From the NCBI GenBank assembly GCA_965219925.1, contig OZ244795.1, forward strand, positions 199,395 to 263,394: a stretch of 64,000 nt of DNA, in the 5' to 3' direction. The notes beneath the pieces are model-generated. The model saw only the letters and a program-made list of their open reading frames with translations. It was not told the DNA's origin and ran no database searches. Below are positions 17,201 to 25,274 of the stretch, piece by piece (the first letter of the stretch is position 1; every line of letters begins with the position of its first letter). Source of the DNA: Dehalococcoidia bacterium. GTDB taxonomy: Bacteria; Chloroflexota; Dehalococcoidia; Lucifugimonadales; UBA3495. The position numbers and the translations under genes are program-made.

Positions 17201-18668
17201 CAGTCCCATCGGCATCTCGTCCATCGACGAGACGATATTGGTGCTGGACGACGAAGACGCCAGGCTCTACGCCTACGCCCGGGCCGACGGGACGCGCCAG
17301 GACGGCACCGGCGGCGCCGACGACTGGGAGTTCGACCTGAACGACGACAACGGCAACCCCGTGGGAATCTGGTCCAGCAACGAGAAGATGTGGGTGCTGG
17401 ACGGCGACGACGGCAAGGTTTACTCCTACACCTTCCCGATCCCCCCCATGCTGACCGGGCTGAGCGTCAGCCCGGGGACCCTGACGCCGGCCTTCGACAG
17501 CAAGACCCGGGATTACGCCGTCCCCGACGTGCCCCACGCCAGCGACCGGATCACCGTCACGGCCACCGCGGAGGGGCGCGCCCGCGTGTCCTACGAGGAC
17601 GGCTCGGGCAACTCCCTGACCGACGCCGACGCCGACGCCGCCGGCGACCAGTTCGACCTGGAGGTGGGCGAGAACGTCATCAGGATCAGGGTGACCGAAG
17701 GCGAGGTCAGCCGGACCTACGCGCTGGCGGTCAGCCGCGCCTATCACCCGTCCTTGTCTCCGCCGTACCGGTTCACCTGGAGTGATGGGGTCCACTACCA
17801 CAATTGCCAGCTTGGGCCGGAAGATAATCCGTATTGGGAGTTCTCTGTATCTACGGATTCTTCAACAACCCGTTTGGTGCAGCCGAGTGATTTAAGAAGA
17901 AGCGGACATGACGATTGTTCGGCAACGGTGCGGATCCCTCTAAGCTACTTCCCATTGGGTTCGTGCGACCTCAACGCGGACAATTTGTGCATTACGGTCC
18001 GTCACACCGAGTTGTTCGTGGACCATAATACTGGACGTTATACCGCCTCGGTTTCCCGTCCCGTTGTTGTCGAGTTGATTCCGGCTTCCACCGACGCCAC
18101 GCTGCGCGCCCTGGCACTCAGTGGGGTTGACTTCGGCGCCTTCGCGTCAACCACCACGGAGTACGCCGCCAGCGTCGCCCACGCCGTCGCCGAAACCACG
18201 GTGACTCCGGCGGTCAGCGACTACAGGGCTGCCTACGCCGTCAAACTGGGCGGAGTGGTCGACGCCGACGGGACCGTCCCCCTGGCCGAGGGCGAGAACT
18301 TCATCGCCGTGGAGGTCACGGCCGAGGACGGGGAGACGGCTCAGACCTACAGCGTGACGGTCACCCGCGCCGCGCCTCTCGCCGCGCCGGGCCGGCCGAC
18401 CGGGGTGGTGCCGGAGCCGGGGAAGGTGACCCTGGACTGGGACGACGTGGACGGGGCCACCGGCTACCAGGTGGGCCTGTGGCGGCAACCCAATCTGGTG
18501 CCCCTGCCCAGCGATGCCATGCCTGGGGTGACGGTGCAAATGAACGGTTCCGGCGCCACGCTTACCGGCCTGCCTGCCGAATGGTCGCACTACTGGCTCA
18601 CGGTCCGGGCCAGCAACGACGGCGGCGCATCCGGCTGGTCGGATTGGCTCACCCTGGAAAACGGCTGA
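14283..18668 (+). CDS. giant secreted repeat protein (1461 aa): 3x novel two-Cys domain, PEPT linker, ~43-aa propeller-like repeats, cadherin-like domains, C-terminal FN3
   Basis: GTG start with GAGG upstream. Signal peptide AALGAFALFVFAGV..AQAQA. Three ~110-aa DYxFRADV..CE..DRYM..CPxGxYT modules (nt 14385-15518). Repeated IWSDGTTMWV.D...KLYAYALADGTRQDG units. LTGLTVSPGTLDPAFNSDTLEYAV-type cadherin-like beta-sandwich modules. The tail KVTLDWDDVDGATGYQV..VRASNDGG is FN3. Confidence 0.9.
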   Translation: MKRQLSFAVLAALGAFALFVFAGVPLPYQAQAQASPSVAVSLSSDTVEEGSAIAVTMSFSGLESDADTATKDYVFRADVVDSEDGDANGCEDQAGGYGLGVDRYMWQVDEDPEVRTGSVSADCPAGDYTLRASIASPENVELASARASFTVAAPAPEPTPEPTPEPTPEPTPEPTPEPTPEPTPDQEDPDPSVALILSPDGFAPWNTEISVTMLFGALKADSDRDTTDYVFRADVKDSWNRDADACEGGGLGIDRYMYQVDQDPETRSGTIAAGCPIGGYTIEASIATEAGGVVASASAEFSIFGPSIGLAIPVAEQGAGGVLTLSFGFLAPDADADTTDYIFRADVVNADACEGDGLGVDRHIHQVDEDPETHTGTISADCPAGDYTLEASISSPDGVELASASASFTIAPPVEDDDDPPVSRQQQAMPQDFFLDSDNSSPGGIWSDGTTMWVTDSDENNKLYAYALADGTRQDGTGSTTNREFALHADNGYPTGIWSDGTTMWVTDGSDYKLYAYALADGTRQDGTDGTTSKEFALHSDNGNPLGIWSNGSTIWVADYGDDKLYAYALADGTRQDGTGGTTSKEFALHADNGIPTGIWSDGATIWVADSDDVKLYAYALADGIRQDGGGGTANREFALHSDNSAAFSIWSDGTTMWVNEISDGKVYTYAMPTPVLTGLTVSPGTLDPAFNSDTLEYAVSDVPHASGRITVTATAESGADVSYEDGSGNTLTDVDSGTTGDQFDLVVGENVIEVKVTKGSLSRTYALAVSREAAVPTSFDLHPDNSNARGIWSDGTTMWVADSAYFEGRPYSEERASKLYAYALADGTRQDGTGGTVNKEFDLDSNSIYPIGIWSDYRTMWVGDYYGGRVYAYALGDGTRQDGIANEDKDKEIDPGPHADNGAVSGIWSNGVTMWVADPDDDKIYAYSLADGRRQDGAPHAYVIDGIRYRFDGRLYDENAVNEEFDLHRDNASPIGISSIDETILVLDDEDARLYAYARADGTRQDGTGGADDWEFDLNDDNGNPVGIWSSNEKMWVLDGDDGKVYSYTFPIPPMLTGLSVSPGTLTPAFDSKTRDYAVPDVPHASDRITVTATAEGRARVSYEDGSGNSLTDADADAAGDQFDLEVGENVIRIRVTEGEVSRTYALAVSRAYHPSLSPPYRFTWSDGVHYHNCQLGPEDNPYWEFSVSTDSSTTRLVQPSDLRRSGHDDCSATVRIPLSYFPLGSCDLNADNLCITVRHTELFVDHNTGRYTASVSRPVVVELIPASTDATLRALALSGVDFGAFASTTTEYAASVAHAVAETTVTPAVSDYRAAYAVKLGGVVDADGTVPLAEGENFIAVEVTAEDGETAQTYSVTVTRAAPLAAPGRPTGVVPEPGKVTLDWDDVDGATGYQVGLWRQPNLVPLPSDAMPGVTVQMNGSGATLTGLPAEWSHYWLTVRASNDGGASGWSDWLTLENG

Positions 18669-19277
18669 GCGCCATACGCTGGAGGGGCGGGGCCAGGGTG
18701 GACGCCGCGCCGCCTGCCCCGAGGATGCCGGCGGCGCGGTTGGGCCAGCCGACCGGCAGCATCGTCGCTGGGCCCTGACCTGCCCGCCTGGTTAGGCCTG
18801 GCCGGGCAACACGGCCGGGCCGCCAGCGCGGCTGGCGCCGGCGGTTAAATCCGAAGGAACATCCGGGTTGCGGACCCCGCTGCGCCAGGACGGAAAGCAA
18901 GGCCAGCGAGGGCGCAGAACCGGTCGTCAGCGCCGCCGGCTAAGGCAGCTTCGCCTCTCTGGCGCATGGTAATTCAGGACAACAAGAAAGCCCGCGTACC
19001 TGGACGAGCGGGGGAGGACACCGCCCGTAGCGGTGTCCTCCCCTTTGCCTTGGTCCTGGCGGCCCGCGCCGGCCGGTCCCTCCTCCCGCCTCCGTTCCAC
19101 GCTGAGCGCCCACTCGAACCCGGACAGAGACGAAGGCTTGGTCTCGCCGTTGCGTCCCTGGGGCTGGGCCGGTTCCCCGGCTATGAACCCGGCCCGGGAG
19201 AACACCGACTGCTGAGGTTGGTGGATTCGGCGCAGCCGAAGCCATCGCCGGCCGGGTTCCGGGGCAGCCACCCAGGG

Positions 19278-19673
19278 TTACGCCGTGGCAGCCTGCCCCC
19301 CGGCGCCGCCCTGGACCCTGGTCAGGACCCCCAGGATTATCCACGCCGGCAGCGAGGCCACCAGGGGGTAGGCGACGACGCCGATGGGACCGAAAAGCCC
19401 TCCGATGATTACACCCCAGGCGGACACCAGTCCCAGCACGACGGCACAACCGTAGGCCAGGATGCGGGACAGGACCTGGGGGCGGCGGTGCATCAGGCGC
19501 ACCGCCAGGGTCAGTGAAATCCCAACCGGCCATGCCAGCCCGAACAACCACAAGACGTCAGCCGCGCCAGGGCCGGTCCCGAATCCGTCAATGCCGAACC
19601 GGAGGAAGGAGATAACCAGCACCAGGGCCGGCAGCCAGAGGGAGAATAGGATAGTACCGATGGCGCTCTTCAT
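19278..19673 (-). CDS. small polytopic membrane protein (131 aa)
   Basis: AGGAGG lies 8 nt upstream of ATG 19673 (MKSAIGTILFSLWLPALVLV). Four hydrophobic segments. Confidence 0.65.
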   Translation of the reverse strand: MKSAIGTILFSLWLPALVLVISFLRFGIDGFGTGPGAADVLWLFGLAWPVGISLTLAVRLMHRRPQVLSRILAYGCAVVLGLVSAWGVIIGGLFGPIGVVAYPLVASLPAWIILGVLTRVQGGAGGQAATA

Positions 19674-19821
19674 GTTCATCACCTCCTGACGTGTGGAATA
19701 AGCCCTTCCCCAGCGCCGGGGAGAATAAGAATACCTTGCGCATGGGGTACTACGTTGGCCGGCCGCCCGCCGGATTGGGGCAGTCCTGCCAAGCCGGAAA
19801 GGGCGGAGGCAATTCCGGGCA

Positions 19822-19850
19822 ACAAAAAAAGCCCGCACACATGGGCGGGC
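19822..19850 (-). terminator. intrinsic terminator (minus strand)
   Basis: The minus strand reads GCCCGC-CCATGTGT-GCGGGC followed by TTTTTTT. Related short copies are at 18967-19012 and 30075-30117. Confidence 0.5.
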
Positions 19851-19986
19851 AGGGTGCGCCAGGAAGCGCGTAGGCTGAAAGTTCCAGCCGTGGAACCCGG
19901 CCAGGAGTGGGCCGGTGGCCAGGGAAGCAGGCGTTAAGGCCAGAGGCGGAACCGTGTCTGAAACCTTCCCGGCAATGCGGCGGAGG

Positions 19987-20049
19987 TCACCTGTCAAGCC
20001 GCTCCCTTAGCGCCTCCATCTCCCGCCGGTGCTTGTCGGCTTCCTGCAT
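19987..20049 (-). pseudogene. 20-codon remnant of the kinase-regulator 5' end
   Basis: MQEADKHRREMEALRERLDR-stop versus MQEADEHRREMEALRERLTR at 13723. Confidence 0.85.
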
Positions 20050-20344
20050 TTCTCCACCTCAATTGGGCTGTGGCAGACTCGAGGTTCGCTGTCTTCAGGA
20101 ACCGGCTGGATGCAGATCGGACTTCGAGGCGCCTTCGGCCAGCCGGTGTCAATTGTACCAGTCTGGCGAGATACTCACACTACATCACGGAAATAGAGGT
20201 TGATAATCACATTAAACTCACATAGATAGTTTACAATACCCGCTGGGCTATAGCGCAGTCCGCATGGTCTATGCCCGCCTGTTAGAGGGGTTGCATGTCT
20301 AGCCTTGTGCATGGAATACAAGTTGCAGTAGCGTCGGAGAACGC
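19993..20344 (+). repeat. duplicated divergent-promoter module, copy 2
   Basis: See 13668..14026. Confidence 0.85.
20173..20237 (+). promoter_or_regulatory. four phased TCAC direct repeats plus TACAAT -10, second copy
   Basis: TCAC at 20175, 20185, 20207 and 20218 (spacing 10/22/11). TACAAT at 20232-20237. Confidence 0.55.
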
Positions 20345-20372
20345 TTGGCTGCTCCGGTTATCGCTCGTTGTC

Positions 20373-23300
20373 ATGGCCGCCGTCGTCGTCGTGCCGGTCA
20401 TGCTCTTCGGCGGCTCGCCCGCCGCCGCGCAGCAGGCAGTCCCGGACCAGCCGGAGGGACTGACCGGCAAACTGCTGGACTACCTCGTCGTCGGGCTGGA
20501 CTGGGACGACGCGGAAGGCGCGACCTCGTACCAGGCGCAGTACTGGGATACGACGGGAGACAGCCCGGCCTGGGCGGAGGCGCCCGAGGCCGAATACGAT
20601 GGCTCCTCAGCCGTGATAAGCGGTCTGCCGGACCAGCGCTACTACTACTTTCAGGTTCGCGCCGTCAACGACGCCGGGGCGTCGAAGTGGTCGGACTTCG
20701 TCTTACTGGCGGGCCCCGACACGCCGACAGACCCATCTACTCCGACACCGGAACCTACGCCGGAACCTACGCCCGAACCTACCCCGGAGCCTACTCCCGA
20801 ACCCACGCCGAAGCCGGGTATCTGTGACCGCACGTATCAGGTTCGTGAAGCAATCGAGAGTAATGTGTTCAGGAATCTGATGAATTCCAGGGGTAGCAGA
20901 CCGGGATGCCAAGACATTACCGACGCTCAACTGGCGCGTATCGACAACCTTTATCTTCCGGGTGTTGGGCACCTTAAGATCGGTGATTTGGCTGGTCTCA
21001 CCGGAGTCAAGTATCTCCACATGGACCATACCGGACTGAGCTCCCTGCCGCCGGGCGTCTTTGATGGACTCGGCAGTTTGGAACGGTTGCACCTAAATCA
21101 CAACGCGCTGAGCTCCCTGCCGCCGGGCATCTTTGATGGACTCGGCAGTTTGGAACGGTTGGAACTGAACAACAACGCGCTGAGCTCGCTGCCGCCGGGC
21201 ATCTTTGATGGACTCAGCAGGTTGTATTGGTTGTACTTGGGCAATAACGCGCTGAGCTCGCTGCCGCCGGGCATCTTTGATGGACTCGGCAGTTTGGAAC
21301 GGTTGGAACTGTACAATAACAGGCTGAGCTCGCTGCCGCCGGGCGTCTTTGATGGACTCGGCAGTTTGGAAGACTTGTATTTGAGGAATAACCAAATAAG
21401 CTCATTGCCGCCGGGCGTCTTTGATGAACTTGGCAGTTTGGAACGGTTGTACTTGAGCAATAGCGGGCTGAGCTCCCTGCCGCCGGGCGTCTTTGATGAA
21501 CTTGGCAGTTTGCGATCGTTGGATCTGTCCAATAACCGACTTAGCTCGCTGCCGCCGGGCGTCTTTGATGAACTTGGCAGTTTGTATTGGTTGCAGTTGA
21601 GTGATAACCAAATAAGCCCGCTGCCGCCGGGCGTCTTTGATGAGCTTGGCAGTTTGGACCGGTTGTACTTGGGCAATAACGGACTGAGCTCGCTGCCGCC
21701 GGGCATCTTTGATGAACTTGGCAGTTTGTATTGGTTGTACTTGAGCAATAACGGACTGAGCTCCCTGCCGCCGGGCATCTTTGATGAACTTGGCGGTTTG
21801 GGAGAGTTGTACTTGAAAAATAACAGACTGAGCTCCCTGTCGCCGGGCGTCTTTGATGGACTTGGCAGATTGAGAGTGTTGAATTTGCGCAATAACAGAC
21901 TAAGCTCCCTGCCGCCGGGCATCTTTGATGAACTTGGCAGTTTGCCTTGGTTGTACTTGAGCAATAACGGACTGAGCTCCCTGCCGCCGGGCATCTTTGA
22001 TGAACTTGGCAGTTTGCGTTGGTTGGTTCTGTCCCATAACCAATTGAGCTCCCTGCCGCCTCGCCTGCTCCCCCGGCATGTAGAGTGGCCCACGGATTAT
22101 TTTGGTGTTGTGTCCTCCGGTACTGTGTACCTGGTTGGCAACCGGCTGACTGAGCTGCCGGATGCGCTTTTCGAGGTCGAAAACCTGAGGTTGAAAACCT
22201 TGCATCTGGAGGACAATCCTGGCAGCCCATTCACCTTCAGCATGGAAGCCGAGGCGATAAGCCAGAGCGTTGACGATGCGGGCATCCACACCGCGCGGGT
22301 GCGCTACAAGGTAGCCCAGGGGGCGCCGGCAATGATGACAGCAGCGCTGGAGGTCAGCGGCGGCGCGGCATCCACCGCATCGGTAACCATAGGGTCAGGG
22401 AGCGTCTACAGCGATGAGATAGTGGTGACGCAGAGCGAAGCGGGTCAGCCAGTTACGCTCACATTGCAGAAAGTGTCGCCCCATATCCCATCACCATTTA
22501 CTCCTGGCTCTATCCTTAATACATGGCCTGAATTTGATTATATTGGATTCTTTGGGGTCGGGTTCGCCGCGGGCGCCCCTCTCACCCTCTTTGCCGATTC
22601 ATCGCTGCCTCCGGTTGAACCGGAGGCGCCCAAGGGCATCTGCGGGCGGACGCCGCAGGTGCGGGACGCGATTTTAGGCAAGCTGCCCGACGTCAGCGAC
22701 TGCGCGGCGGTGACGGATGCCGACCTGAACGGCATCACCGGGCGTCTGGACCTGAACGTACAGGAGACCGGGGAGGAGATGACGGCGCTGCAGCCGGGAG
22801 ACTTCGCGGGTCTCACGAACCTGCAAATTCTGTACCTGACCGACAACTCCCTGGAGACGCTGCCCGCAGACATCTTCGAAGGCCTGGCCGCCCTGACGAC
22901 GATCCAGCTGGAGAACAACGGGCTAAAGGAACTGCCCGAGGACATCTTCGACGGTCTCGGCAGTCTGACGGGGCTGCGCCTGCAGAACAACAAGCTGAGC
23001 ACGCTGCCCGAGGAGGCCTTCGACGGTCTGACGAGCCTGGAGGGGCTGTTCCTGACGCGGAACCAGCTGAGCGAGCTGCCCGAGGACGTCTTCGACGGTC
23101 TGACCGGTCTGAAGACGCTCTACCTGGATGGCAACGAACTGAGCGCGCTGCCCGAGGAGGTCTTCGACGGTCTGACCAGCTTGAGGGAGTTGCGCCTGAA
23201 CAGCAACTCGCTGAGCGGACTGCCGGCCGGTGTGTTCGAGGGTCTCGCCAACCTGAGGAGCCTGGTGCTGGAGCACAACGACCTGGAGACGCTGCCCGCC

Positions 23301-24977
23301 GGTGTGTTCGCAGGACTCACCGGGCTGGAAAAGCTGCTTTTGGGCGGCAAGGAGGCGCCCTTCACGCTCACGGCGGAGTTGGAGCGCCGGGGCGGCGACG
23401 CCGTGGCGGTCAAGGTGGTGGAGGGAGCGCCGTTTGCGATGGCGGTCAAGCTGTCGGCGGAGGGCGGCACGCTGTCCAGCGAGACGGTTACGGTTGAAGC
23501 GGGGAGCCTGTCCAGCGAAGAGATTAGCGTTGCGCCGGCTGCTGAAGGGGGGACGGAGGTCACCGTCAGGGTGGAATCGGCGGAGTTCACCGGGGTGGTG
23601 GTGTCAGTCGGGGGAGTCGAGGGCTATAGCGGCATCCAAACCGGCCTGGGGCAGCCGCTGACGCTGACCTTCTCCGCGCCGGATTCCAAAGACGGCTCAA
23701 CGATAAAGGGCCCGGGGCCGACGGTGGCGATTGCCCTGTCCCCGTCCGGCCCGGTGGAGCCGGGCACTGCCATCGGCGTCACCATGAGGTTCAGCGGCCT
23801 GGAGTCCGACTCGGACACCGGCACCACCGATTACATCTTCCGGGCCGACGTGAAGGACTCGGAGAACGGGGACGCCGACGCCTGCGAGGACCAGGCCAAT
23901 GGCTACGGTTTGGGCGTGGGGCGGTACATGTGGAAGGTGGACGAGGACCCGGAGGTTCGCACCGGGACCATTTCCGGCGACTGCCCGGCCGGGGCCTACA
24001 CCCTGTGGGCCAGCGTCTCCTCCCCCGACAACGTGGAGTTGGCCTCGGCCAGCGCGAGCTTCTCGGTCCGAGAACCGGAGACGCCGCTCTCCAAAGACGC
24101 CGCCCTGGACGGGCTGACGCTGAGCGGGGTGGACATCGGAACCTTCGACCCGGACACCAGCGGGTACGCCGCCGACGTGGACAATGACGTGACGGAAACC
24201 ACGGTCACTGCTACGGTGAACGGCGGAGGCGCGAGCTACCTGATCAAGCTGGACGGGGTGGCCGACGCTGACGGGGTAATCCCCTTGGCCGTGGGCAGCA
24301 ACGTCATCACCATCCAGGTCACGGCGGAGGATGGGGAGACGACCAGGACCTACACCGTCACGGTGACCAGGGCCGCGCCGCCGCTTTCAAGCGACGCCAC
24401 CCTGAGCGGGCTGGAACTGAGCGGGGTGGACATCGGAGGCTTCGATCCGGCAACCACCGACTACACCGCCAGCGTTGCCAACGACGTAACGGAAACTACG
24501 GTGACGGCGGCGGTGAACGAAGACGGGGCGACCTATCTGGTCAAGCTGGACGGTGTTGCCGATAGCGGCGGGACCGTCTCCCTGGCCGAGGGAAGCAACG
24601 TCATCGCCATCGAGGTCACCGCCGAGGACGGAGAGACGGCGAAGACCTACACCGTAACCGTCACCAGGGCCGAGCCGCCACTCTCCAAAGACGCCACCCT
24701 GAGCGGGCTGACGCTGAGCGGCGCGCCCTTCGCCTTCGACCAGGCCATCGAGAGCTACGAGGTCAGCGTCGGCCACGAGGTGGAGCAGACCACCATAACG
24801 GCGGAGACCAACGACGAAGCCGCCAGCTATGAAGTGGCGCTGGTGCTTTCCGCGAGCTATGAAGACGGAACCGTCGGCCTGGCCGTGGGCGCCAACCTCA
24901 TCGTTCTCCTGGTGACGGCTGCGGATGGGGAGACGACGAAGACCTACACCGTCACTGTCGCCAGGGCCGAGGCCTGA
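20373..24977 (+). CDS. giant secreted LRR protein (~1534 aa): FN3, PEPT linker, two LRR blocks, novel two-Cys domain, 4x cadherin-like
   Basis: ORF 20295..24977. The first 26 codons lie in the conserved leader, so the start is placed at MAAVVVVPVMLFGGSPAAAQQ (signal peptide). It has 14 near-identical 24-aa LSSLPPGxFDxLGSLxxLxLxNNx repeats, and a second block capped by GICGRTPQVRDAILGKLPDVSDC. The two-Cys domain is at nt ~23718-24070. Four LSGVDIG.FDP.T..Y modules follow. Confidence 0.9.
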   Translation: MAAVVVVPVMLFGGSPAAAQQAVPDQPEGLTGKLLDYLVVGLDWDDAEGATSYQAQYWDTTGDSPAWAEAPEAEYDGSSAVISGLPDQRYYYFQVRAVNDAGASKWSDFVLLAGPDTPTDPSTPTPEPTPEPTPEPTPEPTPEPTPKPGICDRTYQVREAIESNVFRNLMNSRGSRPGCQDITDAQLARIDNLYLPGVGHLKIGDLAGLTGVKYLHMDHTGLSSLPPGVFDGLGSLERLHLNHNALSSLPPGIFDGLGSLERLELNNNALSSLPPGIFDGLSRLYWLYLGNNALSSLPPGIFDGLGSLERLELYNNRLSSLPPGVFDGLGSLEDLYLRNNQISSLPPGVFDELGSLERLYLSNSGLSSLPPGVFDELGSLRSLDLSNNRLSSLPPGVFDELGSLYWLQLSDNQISPLPPGVFDELGSLDRLYLGNNGLSSLPPGIFDELGSLYWLYLSNNGLSSLPPGIFDELGGLGELYLKNNRLSSLSPGVFDGLGRLRVLNLRNNRLSSLPPGIFDELGSLPWLYLSNNGLSSLPPGIFDELGSLRWLVLSHNQLSSLPPRLLPRHVEWPTDYFGVVSSGTVYLVGNRLTELPDALFEVENLRLKTLHLEDNPGSPFTFSMEAEAISQSVDDAGIHTARVRYKVAQGAPAMMTAALEVSGGAASTASVTIGSGSVYSDEIVVTQSEAGQPVTLTLQKVSPHIPSPFTPGSILNTWPEFDYIGFFGVGFAAGAPLTLFADSSLPPVEPEAPKGICGRTPQVRDAILGKLPDVSDCAAVTDADLNGITGRLDLNVQETGEEMTALQPGDFAGLTNLQILYLTDNSLETLPADIFEGLAALTTIQLENNGLKELPEDIFDGLGSLTGLRLQNNKLSTLPEEAFDGLTSLEGLFLTRNQLSELPEDVFDGLTGLKTLYLDGNELSALPEEVFDGLTSLRELRLNSNSLSGLPAGVFEGLANLRSLVLEHNDLETLPAGVFAGLTGLEKLLLGGKEAPFTLTAELERRGGDAVAVKVVEGAPFAMAVKLSAEGGTLSSETVTVEAGSLSSEEISVAPAAEGGTEVTVRVESAEFTGVVVSVGGVEGYSGIQTGLGQPLTLTFSAPDSKDGSTIKGPGPTVAIALSPSGPVEPGTAIGVTMRFSGLESDSDTGTTDYIFRADVKDSENGDADACEDQANGYGLGVGRYMWKVDEDPEVRTGTISGDCPAGAYTLWASVSSPDNVELASASASFSVREPETPLSKDAALDGLTLSGVDIGTFDPDTSGYAADVDNDVTETTVTATVNGGGASYLIKLDGVADADGVIPLAVGSNVITIQVTAEDGETTRTYTVTVTRAAPPLSSDATLSGLELSGVDIGGFDPATTDYTASVANDVTETTVTAAVNEDGATYLVKLDGVADSGGTVSLAEGSNVIAIEVTAEDGETAKTYTVTVTRAEPPLSKDATLSGLTLSGAPFAFDQAIESYEVSVGHEVEQTTITAETNDEAASYEVALVLSASYEDGTVGLAVGANLIVLLVTAADGETTKTYTVTVARAEA
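21036..22043 (+). repeat. 14 tandem 72-bp coding repeats (LRR units) with high nucleotide identity
   Basis: Exact 72-bp period. Long identical runs such as GAGCTCCCTGCCGCCGGGCATCTTTGATGAACTTGGCAGTTTG recur. Confidence 0.9.
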
Positions 24978-25210
24978 CGAACCGAAGCCGGCGCCAGGCA
25001 GCCCGCCCGGCGTGCCCACCGGCGAGGCGCCCGGAAGGAGTCAAGTGCCGCTGGACTGGAACGACGTGGAGGGCGCGGCGTATTACCTGGTGCGCTTTCG
25101 GGATGCCACCGACCGGTGGAATTTCCCACCGGGGAGATGGGCATTGTCCTTGAGGGTTCCGGCGCAACGGTAAGCAATCTGCCCGTGGGGTATGGCTTGG
25201 CAAGCAGCGC
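24978..25210 (+). pseudogene. decayed C-terminal FN3 module of the preceding giant gene
   Basis: After the stop at 24977 another frame reads PGVPTGEAPGRSQVPLDWNDVEGAAYYLVRF, then shifts again to GIVLEGSGATVSNLP. This parallels the intact tail of 14283..18668 (GRPTGVVPEPGKVTLDWDDVDGATGYQV..NGSGATLTGLP). Confidence 0.6.
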
Positions 25211-25274
25211 CTAAGGGGGACAGGAAGGTAGCGGCATCGGCCAGCGCCAATACGAGTGAAAGGAGACCACGGAC

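Noticed and set aside
13827-17801. 1324-aa minus-strand ORF, the longest alternative reading in this region
   Set aside because: It is antisense to 14283..18668. Its translation is low-complexity (G/V/A/R/D runs such as VGVGQGV, VELVAGG) with no signal or motifs. The plus strand has an SD, a signal peptide and recognisable FN3 and cadherin-like modules. This is a typical high-GC antisense artefact.
20245-20300. tRNA-like start GGGCTATAGCGCAGTCCG in the conserved leader
   Set aside because: It has no matching D-stem 3' half, anticodon arm, T-arm (GGTTCGAATCC-like) or acceptor 3' strand. The paralogous copy at 13923 is even less tRNA-like.
21036-22293. CRISPR-like periodicity and several 100-330-aa minus-strand ORFs
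   Set aside because: The period is 72 bp with no unique spacers. The whole array is in frame as 24-aa LRR units of the plus-strand gene. The antisense ORFs merely mirror the repeat.
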